DNA from: Candidatus Babelota bacterium | GTDB lineage: Bacteria; Babelota; Babeliae; Babelales; Vermiphilaceae | DNA length: 64,000 nucleotides | Reading direction: 5' to 3' | NCBI GenBank assembly: GCA_023382795.1 | Contig: JAHDWT010000004.1 | Span: forward strand, 42,650-106,649 | Part shown: one piece after another, positions 48,893-57,842 of the stretch | How the letters are laid out: every line of letters starts with the position of its first letter | Position numbering within the stretch: position 1 is the stretch's first letter | Notes under the pieces: generated by a model | What the model was told of the DNA's origin: nothing | Database searches by the model: none | What the model saw: the letters and a program-made list of their open reading frames with translations, nothing else | Program-made: the position numbers and the translations under genes

Positions 48893-49658
48893 GCCCATGA
48901 AACAAATTGTTTCGCGACATAATCCAGAAATCAAAGCGGTGTGCGACTTGCATCATCACAAAGGGCGCAAACAAAAACAGCAATTCATTGCCGAAGGGCT
49001 AAGGATTATACAAACGTTTCTTGAATATCATCACCCACTCGTACGCTTATATGCCTGTCCAGAACAAGTACCTTTGGCTAAAACACTTATTCAAGAGGAT
49101 TATATCACTCAGGTAACTGAAGATGTCATGAGTAAAATGAGCACCACCACATCGCCAAGTGGCTTACTAGCAGTATTCTCTATTCCACCATCACCTGCAT
49201 GGGATCAACTTACTCCTGGTATGGTACTTGCCCAGATCGCTGATCCAGGAAATATGGGGACACTCATCAGAACCGCCGCTGCCATGAATTTTAAAACAGT
49301 TGTTGTCGTTGATGGTTGCGACCCTTGGTCCCCCAAAGTGATACAAGCGTCTGCAGGCACTATGGCAGGAGTACGTATTTTTAACTGCTCGTGGCAAGAA
49401 CTTATTCAGCACAAAAAGCCCAATCTACCACTCTATGCTCTCGTAGTCACTGGAGGAAAATCCCCACAAGACATTGCTGGCAAACAAGCTCTTCTCGTAG
49501 TTGGTAACGAAGCTCAAGGGATGCCATCCGCATGGATCGCACAGTGTGATGGACGCATCACTATTCCTATGCCCGGCAAGACAGAGAGTCTCAATGCCGC
49601 AGTTGCGGGATCCATCGCACTCTATTTGATGTCAATACAACGCATAAATTCTTATTAA
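48879..49658 (+). CDS. TrmH/SpoU-family RNA 2'-O-methyltransferase
   Basis: SPOUT motifs DPGNMGTLIRTAAA, VVGNEAQGMP and IPMPGKTESLNAAVAGSIALY. Confidence 0.85.
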   Translation: MTSYKPMKQIVSRHNPEIKAVCDLHHHKGRKQKQQFIAEGLRIIQTFLEYHHPLVRLYACPEQVPLAKTLIQEDYITQVTEDVMSKMSTTTSPSGLLAVFSIPPSPAWDQLTPGMVLAQIADPGNMGTLIRTAAAMNFKTVVVVDGCDPWSPKVIQASAGTMAGVRIFNCSWQELIQHKKPNLPLYALVVTGGKSPQDIAGKQALLVVGNEAQGMPSAWIAQCDGRITIPMPGKTESLNAAVAGSIALYLMSIQRINSY

Positions 49659-49752
49659 GAACAAATCACAACTTTAACTTTACACACAGTATTCATCTGA
49701 TACTATTGATTCTTAGTAGATAAATTGATTTCCAAATTTCTAAAGAAGATCC

Positions 49753-50769
49753 ATGAATCATTCAACCAAATTATTAATGTTTGTGCTTTGTTGTTTTACA
49801 ACCAAATCATTGCTCCCTATCATCATCAGTACAACGATATTATCCAAACAACTTGAAAATGGCATCACTCAACACATTGTGCTGCTTGGTGATCGACATA
49901 TGTTCCTCCAGCAGTATAATGACTCGAATATAATCAAAAAAATCATTGAACTTACTGCCAAAGAACAAGACTCGGTTATCGCTTGTGCAAAAAAGTTCAA
50001 TGCTCTTGTTATAGCCGAAGATGTGAAAAATGTTCATTTTACCGGGCTTAAAGCGTCAATCAAACAATGGATTTTAAAGAGGATCTTACATAAGAGTGAT
50101 TGCTCTACGTATTTAAGTGATTTAACAAAAAAATGTGAAGAGCATAGTATTTCATGCATCAACGCAGAAACCCGTGCCGATGCATTCATTAGTATGGATC
50201 TTATAAACAAAACGGCTTTCATATGTTCGAATATCATTTTTTGGGCTGTTTATATGAAATCTCAAAAGAAAAGTGAACAATTATCCCAACACATGAACAC
50301 GCACTTAACGAAATACCTTCTTGCAGGAACAACGCCTCTTGTTGTCACTATGGCATTCCTATACGATGCCTATAAACAAAGCGTGTTCAGTCAGAAAAAG
50401 GTTAATGGTAATAGAATCCTAAAAGATCATGTTCAACAAGCAAAAGATTTATATAAAAAAACTTTTGATGTGTTGCTCGCTCCAGTACTCAAATTTGTTG
50501 GCTGGCAGGTAGATGTGGAAATTATTGCAGCATTACATAATAACCCAACTAGTAAATACATCTTCGTGTGTGCTGGGCAAATGCATACGAATATCGCCAA
50601 ACGCTTTTTGGAAGAACAAGGTTATAAGCAAGACGCTTATTGGGAAAACAAGATCGCCTTGGCAACAAATTTTAGCGTCGTTCCTCTTGATGACAGCATT
50701 GATGTAGATTCCTTCATCATCACAAATCTATCCCTGCATAATCAGGATGAGATTGCCTCTAGACCATAG
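49753..50769 (+). CDS. exported protein with twin GxxH motifs (TIKI/TraB/ChaN-superfamily-like), paralog A
   Basis: Signal peptide. IVLLGDRH (nt 49882-49899), VIAED, INAETRAD and FVCAGQMH. Co-linear with the 54724 gene. The fold assignment is inferred from motifs only. Confidence 0.4.
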   Translation: MNHSTKLLMFVLCCFTTKSLLPIIISTTILSKQLENGITQHIVLLGDRHMFLQQYNDSNIIKKIIELTAKEQDSVIACAKKFNALVIAEDVKNVHFTGLKASIKQWILKRILHKSDCSTYLSDLTKKCEEHSISCINAETRADAFISMDLINKTAFICSNIIFWAVYMKSQKKSEQLSQHMNTHLTKYLLAGTTPLVVTMAFLYDAYKQSVFSQKKVNGNRILKDHVQQAKDLYKKTFDVLLAPVLKFVGWQVDVEIIAALHNNPTSKYIFVCAGQMHTNIAKRFLEEQGYKQDAYWENKIALATNFSVVPLDDSIDVDSFIITNLSLHNQDEIASRP

Positions 50770-50843
50770 TTTTTCTGAAAACACCCTCAACAACTCCATC
50801 CTGCGATATAAAAAACATCATCAAGGAGAGCGAAGACACTTAT

Positions 50844-51518
50844 TTAACAAAGCGCTTTTGCATCAACAAAAACATAGACCTGCACCTTTTGTCTGGGCTC
50901 TATTGTTATCGGCTGCGTGATATCGGTAATCACATAGTGTTTGTCATCTACAATTGAATACCTAGATCCCACCAAATAACCGGCCGTTGGGACCACAGGA
51001 AGGCACACATAAACTGCGGTAAATCCGCCCATCATCATGGAACCAAGCACATCGACACCCAGAGCAAAGAAATAAAGTGAGCCTACTATATACGCCGCAT
51101 ATCCGATACAAACTCCTGCACCAACCGCCCCCAACAATCCAAAGGCCAGTGCTCTGGGAAAGCTTCTTCGCGGTGCATTAATGATACGAGAAACGTCACG
51201 TAGTGGAGTAGAAAAATTAATTGCGACAAGAATATCTCTTGTCCCGGCTGTAATTTCTTTATCCGTTTCATTCTTGATAATTATCTCAATAGGACGAATA
51301 CTTTTTTTTCCTTTCAAGAGCCGCTTACCACGCGCATTAAATAGCTTCTTGGTTTCGGCTTTTGAAAGTCCCCGCATGGTTACATCAAGTCCATTTAACT
51401 GGTGCTGCTCAGTCCACTGCGGCCACTCATTATGTGTATTTACTCGTCGAGCATTCATCGAAGGCATGAAAAACGCCAACACCATCGCGATAATAACACC
51501 ACTTCGGATCATTTTCAT
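50844..51518 (-). CDS. hypothetical membrane protein
   Basis: The ATG at 51518 gives MKMIRSGVIIAMVLAFFMPSMNA. The C-terminal half has Gly-rich TM segments (FGLLGAVGAGVCIGYAAYIVG). Confidence 0.5.
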   Translation of the reverse strand: MKMIRSGVIIAMVLAFFMPSMNARRVNTHNEWPQWTEQHQLNGLDVTMRGLSKAETKKLFNARGKRLLKGKKSIRPIEIIIKNETDKEITAGTRDILVAINFSTPLRDVSRIINAPRRSFPRALAFGLLGAVGAGVCIGYAAYIVGSLYFFALGVDVLGSMMMGGFTAVYVCLPVVPTAGYLVGSRYSIVDDKHYVITDITQPITIEPRQKVQVYVFVDAKALC

Positions 51519-51698
51519 AAAAACCCCATTTAAAAAGCAAGAGATCAATACAGATAAACAATAGACCAGATTGATTTTTTGTCAAAACGACAATTGGCAA
51601 TATTGGTTGGATGCTCTCTAGCGCCGCGTCGCTTTACAGAATGGCCTGCATACATTACATTGATGGGGATTATTTCCCATTTTTTAGGATTTTTCCCC

Positions 51699-53027
51699 AT
51701 GAGTTCTCCCCGCACACTGTCACTATTTTCTGCCATTATTATCAATATCAACGTCATGCTCGGTATCGGGATTTTTATTAACACCGTAGAACTTACTAAG
51801 CGCGCTGGAGCCTATAGTTTCCTTGCCTATCTTGCTGTGGGACTATTAATGTTACCGCTTATCATAAGCATTGCTCGCTTAGTACGCATATATCCTGATG
51901 GTGGATTTTATACGTACGCTCGCCAAGAACTGGGCAGCGCTTTTGGTTTTTTAAGTGGTTGGGGCTATTTTACGGGAAAACTTGGTTCTGGTGCTATTGT
52001 GCTGCATACTGCCGTTAAACTTATTCAGCATCTTATCGTTTTCCTACAACCAATTCCTACTCTGGCACTCGATTGCCTATTGGTCGTTGCATTTGTCGCG
52101 CTTAATTTACTTAATATGCGTACAGGAAGTACGATTCAAGGAATATTCCTGGTAGGCAAAATGGTACCAGTTTTTTTTGTAATTCTCGTTGGTTTATTCT
52201 TGTTTCAACCAGAACATCTCATAGTATCTCCACTCGATCTTCAGGGCATTGGTTCCTCATTAGCTCTCGCCGTGTTCGCCATTATAGGATTTGAAGTTGC
52301 TTGCTCAATAAGCAATAAAATTGAAAACCCTCAAAAGAATGCTCCCCGCGTCATTTTGACATCATATGCAATCGTCATTACCATTTTATCCCTTTATCAG
52401 CTCATATTTTTTGGTGTTCTGGGAACATCATTGATGGCCAAAACCAGTTATCTGCAAGCTTTTCCCGGATTTCTGCAAGTAGCTTTAACCAGCTCACCAT
52501 TTTTTGCTGCTGCATTGGTCAAAATCCTTCATCTGTCTTTTGCGGTATCGGCACTCGGTGGGAGCTATGGCACTATGTTTAGTAATGGGTGGAATTTATA
52601 CGTTCTTGCACAAAATCAACATATCTTTTTTGAAAAACTATTTACCTGGCTTAATCGAAATGCTATTCCGGTTGCCTGTTTTATAACTGAAGGAATAATC
52701 ATTCTAGCCTATCTCTTTATCAGTAATGGGAATCAAGTACCCCTCCAACAACTCGGTGTTATCGGTTGCATCTTTGCTTATACTATCAGCGTACTATCCT
52801 TGATTGCGGGAATTATCCGTAAAAAACATCGTTTTCCACTCTGGATACCCATTTTAGGCGTCTGCAATTGCCTCCTATTAACCACTATAGCTGTTCAAGG
52901 AATTCTTGTTTCTGGACCAGCTTCCCTGCTTCTATTTTTAGGCCTCAATGGACTTGGTATAGGTATGTTTTTAGTTAAAAAACTTCGCCTAAACAACCTT
53001 GGGCAATCCTTAGAGACGCCTCATTAA
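51699..53027 (+). CDS. APC-superfamily amino-acid permease
   Basis: About 12 TM segments. N-terminal LFSAIIININVMLGIGIF matches the APC signature region. The start is uncertain (ATG at 51699 or 51663). The track start at 51579 is a TTG. Confidence 0.8.
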   Translation: MSSPRTLSLFSAIIININVMLGIGIFINTVELTKRAGAYSFLAYLAVGLLMLPLIISIARLVRIYPDGGFYTYARQELGSAFGFLSGWGYFTGKLGSGAIVLHTAVKLIQHLIVFLQPIPTLALDCLLVVAFVALNLLNMRTGSTIQGIFLVGKMVPVFFVILVGLFLFQPEHLIVSPLDLQGIGSSLALAVFAIIGFEVACSISNKIENPQKNAPRVILTSYAIVITILSLYQLIFFGVLGTSLMAKTSYLQAFPGFLQVALTSSPFFAAALVKILHLSFAVSALGGSYGTMFSNGWNLYVLAQNQHIFFEKLFTWLNRNAIPVACFITEGIIILAYLFISNGNQVPLQQLGVIGCIFAYTISVLSLIAGIIRKKHRFPLWIPILGVCNCLLLTTIAVQGILVSGPASLLLFLGLNGLGIGMFLVKKLRLNNLGQSLETPH

Positions 53028-53194
53028 ACATCCTCCGAAATCCTCCTACACAGAGAGGAGAGAGTAATACCTATTTTCTTGGATCAGAACCATCAAAAAC
53101 TTTACAAATTGAAAATATTTGCTAGGATTAAAGAAGAAAATTGATTGGCCCATAGCGATTTTTATCTGTTTAGGCCAAAGTAATGGAGGTACTC

Positions 53195-54703
53195 ATGAAA
53201 AAAATTGGTCTTTTAATAAGCATAATTCTCGCAATAAACCCCCCTTCAATCTTAAAAGCGGTTCATACGACGCCAGCGATCAATGACCATCAAAACTCGG
53301 CAACTATAAAAGCTCAGCAAGAGCGTATTTTTATCGATCTTCTAAGAAATTTTGTCAATTTCTGCATGGAACGCTTTGATTTTGTACAAGAAACGATTAA
53401 ACGGTCAAACACCGACGAACCCATAAGCTTCACTCAAGAAATTGAGCCCTTTAATGACCGAACCCAAAAGGAAAGAGAAACTTTACTAACCGATATACTC
53501 CCTCAATTACCGGCACAGCCTTCACTTCAGTTTTTTCTTGATGTGCGAAACATGGGTATCGAGCTTTATCAACACTGCTTTCTTAGTCAAAAGCTGATCA
53601 AGCAAGAAAATGACACGTTGATATCCTTTCGTGTTCTCACATTAATTCTGCAAAAACTCTATGACCAACTTGATCAACACGACAAAGACGCGATTCAAGA
53701 AAATTTTTCAGAAGAATCTGACGCATACCTGAAGCATTTACAAGAATTTCCTCTAACCATACAAAAATTACTCCAAGAACAGAAAGGCAGCAGCAAACTC
53801 GTCCTTGATGAAGAAGAATGCAAAATACTTCATGAAGTCATTAAAAAATTCAGAAGAGAAACTATCAATGATGATCGTTTTTGCATAAGTGTCGGGCAAT
53901 CATTGGCCTATCAAACGCTCGTCAATCAGCTCGTACAACCACAAAAAACTGATCACTACCTCCTGTTTCCCTTTTCAAAAGGAATCATGCTTGATCCATT
54001 ACCACAAGACCTTGATCCAGAAATTATAAAAAACTATTATGCCAGTGAAACGCGGATAACCAATTTGGATGCGGTCACTGAACTTGAACGAAAGATCTTT
54101 GGTACAGTTGTAGACAAAATACAACTCAATAACAGGCCCATTATTCTATGTGACCAGATTGAGCAAATGGGTGGCATAGGACGATTAGTCAATTTTATCA
54201 GTAACAATCAAGCGGAACAATTGGATGCCCACTATTGCTTTCAGACATACAGCCACGACACTCCCTGTACGGTCACCGATTTTCAACGAAATCCTTTGTT
54301 CTTGAAATTACGTGAAAAGAACGTGGTAACCCTGTTTAATACAATACCTGCAAGCTGCAGTGAAAAAATCCGGCTCAACAGTAAACTGACCGCTGAGGGG
54401 CAAGAAACATTCAGGATGTGTCCTGTCATGTCCCCAGAACTTTTTTTGTTTGGCATTCCGGCCATTGCGCAACATGGCTTTAGACCACATAGTCAGGCGA
54501 TTATTCTTCTAGGAAATTACTTAGATTATTACTCAGCACATCAATTACCAGAACAAGAAAGTGACTCTTACTGCGCAAAAATAAAACGTCTCTATCCAAG
54601 ATCATATCAAATGGTACGCACCTTCTTGAACAAGCTTTTTTACCGTGATGCAACTTACAAGCAATGCAGTTTTGATGCGCAAATCATAGAAAAATCTAAA
54701 TAA
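53195..54703 (+). CDS. hypothetical exported protein
   Basis: The ATG at 53195 follows GGAGG. Signal peptide MKKIGLLISIILAINPPSILKA. No family recognised. Confidence 0.55.
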   Translation: MKKIGLLISIILAINPPSILKAVHTTPAINDHQNSATIKAQQERIFIDLLRNFVNFCMERFDFVQETIKRSNTDEPISFTQEIEPFNDRTQKERETLLTDILPQLPAQPSLQFFLDVRNMGIELYQHCFLSQKLIKQENDTLISFRVLTLILQKLYDQLDQHDKDAIQENFSEESDAYLKHLQEFPLTIQKLLQEQKGSSKLVLDEEECKILHEVIKKFRRETINDDRFCISVGQSLAYQTLVNQLVQPQKTDHYLLFPFSKGIMLDPLPQDLDPEIIKNYYASETRITNLDAVTELERKIFGTVVDKIQLNNRPIILCDQIEQMGGIGRLVNFISNNQAEQLDAHYCFQTYSHDTPCTVTDFQRNPLFLKLREKNVVTLFNTIPASCSEKIRLNSKLTAEGQETFRMCPVMSPELFLFGIPAIAQHGFRPHSQAIILLGNYLDYYSAHQLPEQESDSYCAKIKRLYPRSYQMVRTFLNKLFYRDATYKQCSFDAQIIEKSK

Positions 54704-54723
54704 TGGAGAATGGGGGTTAAGTT

Positions 54724-55752
54724 ATGATGAACATAAGATTAGGCTTTATACTTGCCATAATGAGCGCGTGGGCTTTACCATCTTATCCCATTGTTTTTGA
54801 TACCATGTGTTACCAACAAGAGCTAACTCCCGAACATAAGCAGACTATTTTTTTACTCGGAGATTGCCACGAATATCTTAAAGAACTTGATGATCAATCA
54901 AAAAAAAGAGTACGCAAGCTTTCCGGTCAACAACGTAATGATATTATCGCGCTTGCTCAGAAGCATAAAGCTACTGTTCTGGTAGAAGACATGGTTTATG
55001 GAATACCGCATAATTTATTTTTAGGGCTCCCAACCATGATAACACTTGCCATGGACCGATACTTCAAGTGTTACCATCCGCAGGTTATCACAAACTTTAC
55101 CCTGGAATGCAGAAAGAACCATGTCGATGCATACTCCATAGAGTGCCGCCATGCTGACTCGATTATGGAAACTCCACCACCCTATCTCAACTATGTAATA
55201 TCGAAGATCAAAAAAATCTATGCCTTCGCAAGTTTTCTGGTGACGCCTATTTCAGCTTTTATTGCATGCAGCGTCGCACCATGCCATGTACTTATATCGC
55301 AGCTATTAATGTGGAGCACAACAACTACACTCACCCCTGAAACATTCACCCCGGCTCTCAAAGGGCTTTTAACAACATCTCAGCTTTATGAAAATAGGCA
55401 CATTATTACGCAGGCGAAAAAACTCCATCGATCGCCCAAATTACAACAGAAGATACAAGCCATAGAACACATTTGGCAGCATAATCCTGCCGGAGGAATA
55501 GATGAGCTGGTTGATCTCAATGCGCTTAATTTTATTGCCAACCACCCTGAAAAGAAGGTTATCTTTGTGTGCGCTGGTGCTTGGCACATTGAACATATAG
55601 CAGATTTTCTTGAAGATCATGGCTACCATTTACAACCGGTCCAACAATTACAGGCACTTGATAGACCGATAAAAATTAATGCTGAGATGGGCCCAATCAA
55701 ACCTTTAGCTCTTGAAAAAACGTTTGCAAACACCCACCTATCATTAGCGTAA
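54724..55752 (+). CDS. exported protein with twin GxxH motifs (TIKI/TraB/ChaN-superfamily-like), paralog B
   Basis: Signal peptide. IFLLGDCH, VLVED, SIECRHAD and FVCAGAWH. Co-linear with the 49753 gene. Confidence 0.4.
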   Translation: MMNIRLGFILAIMSAWALPSYPIVFDTMCYQQELTPEHKQTIFLLGDCHEYLKELDDQSKKRVRKLSGQQRNDIIALAQKHKATVLVEDMVYGIPHNLFLGLPTMITLAMDRYFKCYHPQVITNFTLECRKNHVDAYSIECRHADSIMETPPPYLNYVISKIKKIYAFASFLVTPISAFIACSVAPCHVLISQLLMWSTTTTLTPETFTPALKGLLTTSQLYENRHIITQAKKLHRSPKLQQKIQAIEHIWQHNPAGGIDELVDLNALNFIANHPEKKVIFVCAGAWHIEHIADFLEDHGYHLQPVQQLQALDRPIKINAEMGPIKPLALEKTFANTHLSLA

Positions 55753-56811
55753 TTTTAGGGTAATCAAAGCAAGTAGACATAACACCAAGGAGATGATGCC
55801 AAATCTGACGGTGATTTTTGCTTCTGGCCAACCAAGCAATTCAAAGTGATGATGGATGGGAGCCATTCTGAACATTCTTTTTTCCCTCAATTTATACGAA
55901 GCAACTTGCATAACTACGGAAAGCGTTTCCATGACAAAGAGTCCGCCTGCTATGGGCAGCAATAATTCTTGTTTACTCATAATCCCCATCAAAGCCAATC
56001 CCGCCCCTAAAGAGAGTGAGCCCACATCTCCCATGAAAATTTGTGCCGGATAGGCATTGAACCAAAGAAAACCTAAAGAAGCACCAATTATAATAGCTCC
56101 GATCACAGCCAATTCTGCCGTTGCCGCAAAGGGAATATGGAGATATAAAGCAAGAATAAAATGGCCTGCGAGATACGCAATCAATGAGAAAACTACAAAG
56201 TTCGGAATCAAAGAATTAATGGCGAGACCATCAAGACCATCCGTAAGATTCACCGCATTACTCATAGAAACAAGTACAAATGCTGCCCACGGAATAAAGA
56301 GCATGCCGAGATCTGGATGAAAATGCTTAAAGAATGGAACGTAAAGCTGTGTTGACGCGCCACGACAGAAATACAGCCACAGTAGTACTACGCAAAAGGC
56401 GACAGACCACTGCGCAATAAACTTAGCACGCGCTGAAATACCCTTACGAGAAGTCACTTTGGACCAATCATCCCACAAACCAATAATTCCAAAACCAAGC
56501 AAACATAGCAGCATCACCCAAACATGAGCATCTTTCCAGTCACACCATGCGAGCACATTGGCCACAATAATCATCAACATAAAGAGCCCGCCCATAGTAG
56601 GCATATCATCTTTAGCTCGATGAGAGGCAGGCGTCATTTCACGAGCTTTTGATCTGAAAAATTTACGGGATGTTTCTATAAACCGCGATCCGAACACCAA
56701 AGAAAGCGCCAGAGCGCTTAATAAACCGGCTATTGCACGAACACTCACATAATGCATCACGTTAAATAGAGATGTATACGTCATTAATAATTCGGCAACA
56801 TGGTAAAGCAT
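55744..56811 (-). CDS. mraY: phospho-N-acetylmuramoyl-pentapeptide transferase
   Basis: Ten-TM protein with NAVNLTDGLDGLA, MGDVGSL and APIHHHFE motifs. Confidence 0.93.
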   Translation of the reverse strand: MLYHVAELLMTYTSLFNVMHYVSVRAIAGLLSALALSLVFGSRFIETSRKFFRSKAREMTPASHRAKDDMPTMGGLFMLMIIVANVLAWCDWKDAHVWVMLLCLLGFGIIGLWDDWSKVTSRKGISARAKFIAQWSVAFCVVLLWLYFCRGASTQLYVPFFKHFHPDLGMLFIPWAAFVLVSMSNAVNLTDGLDGLAINSLIPNFVVFSLIAYLAGHFILALYLHIPFAATAELAVIGAIIIGASLGFLWFNAYPAQIFMGDVGSLSLGAGLALMGIMSKQELLLPIAGGLFVMETLSVVMQVASYKLREKRMFRMAPIHHHFELLGWPEAKITVRFGIISLVLCLLALITLKLR

Positions 56812-56984
56812 ACTACACCTATACGGTTAATAACAAAATAAGATTATTTCATATTAATCAAAATCTCGATTTAATCAACGTATTGCCCCCCCTTTTGACG
56901 CAAATTCCTCCCTTAGTAAACTTTTAATGAACAATGTGAATGGTAATCATCAGTGAAACTTCGATAATCTTTAGGGGGAAAACC

Positions 56985-57644
56985 ATGAATTTATCCTATT
57001 TGAAAACAAAAGGGAGCATGTGGTTACCAATACTATGTATCGCCAGCTTAGGAACTCCGTTCTTGCTGCAATCAAAGGCGCGAGAAGTACACCCGTCTGT
57101 TTCAACGCCATGCATATCGTCAGATGATCGTCAATTCATCGGCGAATGTCTCCAAGAAATAGAAGATTGTGCAAAACTGCTGGATACTCAAATAAGAAAC
57201 TTTTTCAACAGACAACATCCAGACACCTATCAGTCTCACCTACAGTACCTTGATACCTTGATAGCAAGAATTGACACTTCTCTTATCAAACCTCTCGGCA
57301 CACGTGCCAATAAAAATGAGATTTTTAATCTGGCATACGAAATTTTGACGGAACTCAAAGCAGATCTTAATGATATTGTCGCCGTGATGAAACAAAATCA
57401 ATCATCTTCCTTGTCCTTGGCAACAGCGCTTAAAAAATTAAGCACAGCCAAATTTACCACAGCCAAAACAACAGCGCTTGAGAATAAGATCAAACGCCTT
57501 AACGCATTAATTGACGGTGTAAATATCTGCAAGGCTGGCCAACTCCAAAATATTCTTGTAATGCTATTTGAACAACACCCGCTTAAAAACATGTCAGGCT
57601 TTGATATGCTCGACTGTTTAAGAAGTCGCCTTAACCGTCGATAA
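56985..57644 (+). CDS. hypothetical exported helical protein
   Basis: The ATG at 56985 follows GGGGGA. Signal peptide (WLPILCIASLGTPFLLQSKA). Confidence 0.5.
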   Translation: MNLSYLKTKGSMWLPILCIASLGTPFLLQSKAREVHPSVSTPCISSDDRQFIGECLQEIEDCAKLLDTQIRNFFNRQHPDTYQSHLQYLDTLIARIDTSLIKPLGTRANKNEIFNLAYEILTELKADLNDIVAVMKQNQSSSLSLATALKKLSTAKFTTAKTTALENKIKRLNALIDGVNICKAGQLQNILVMLFEQHPLKNMSGFDMLDCLRSRLNRR

Positions 57645-57759
57645 ATACACCTTAATGCTCAATGGGGAAATGGGGTTTTGATGTGCTCTTTTCAAAGCAC
57701 GCCTAGTACCGCGCATGCTATAGTATAATGCTTGCTAGTCTTATTACGTTGCAGTACAC

Positions 57760-57797
57760 TGACCCTAAGGTGCATAAGCACTTTAGGGTCATTTTTA
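57760..57797 (+). terminator. strong intrinsic terminator 116 nt downstream of the nearest stop codon
   Basis: 14-bp stem TGACCCTAAGGTGC/GCACTTTAGGGTCA (one G-U pair) with a 4-nt loop, followed by TTTTTA. Confidence 0.7.
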
Positions 57798-57842
57798 TCT
57801 CCATCTATCTATAAAACTGTATAAAACCTTCACCTTAACTTT

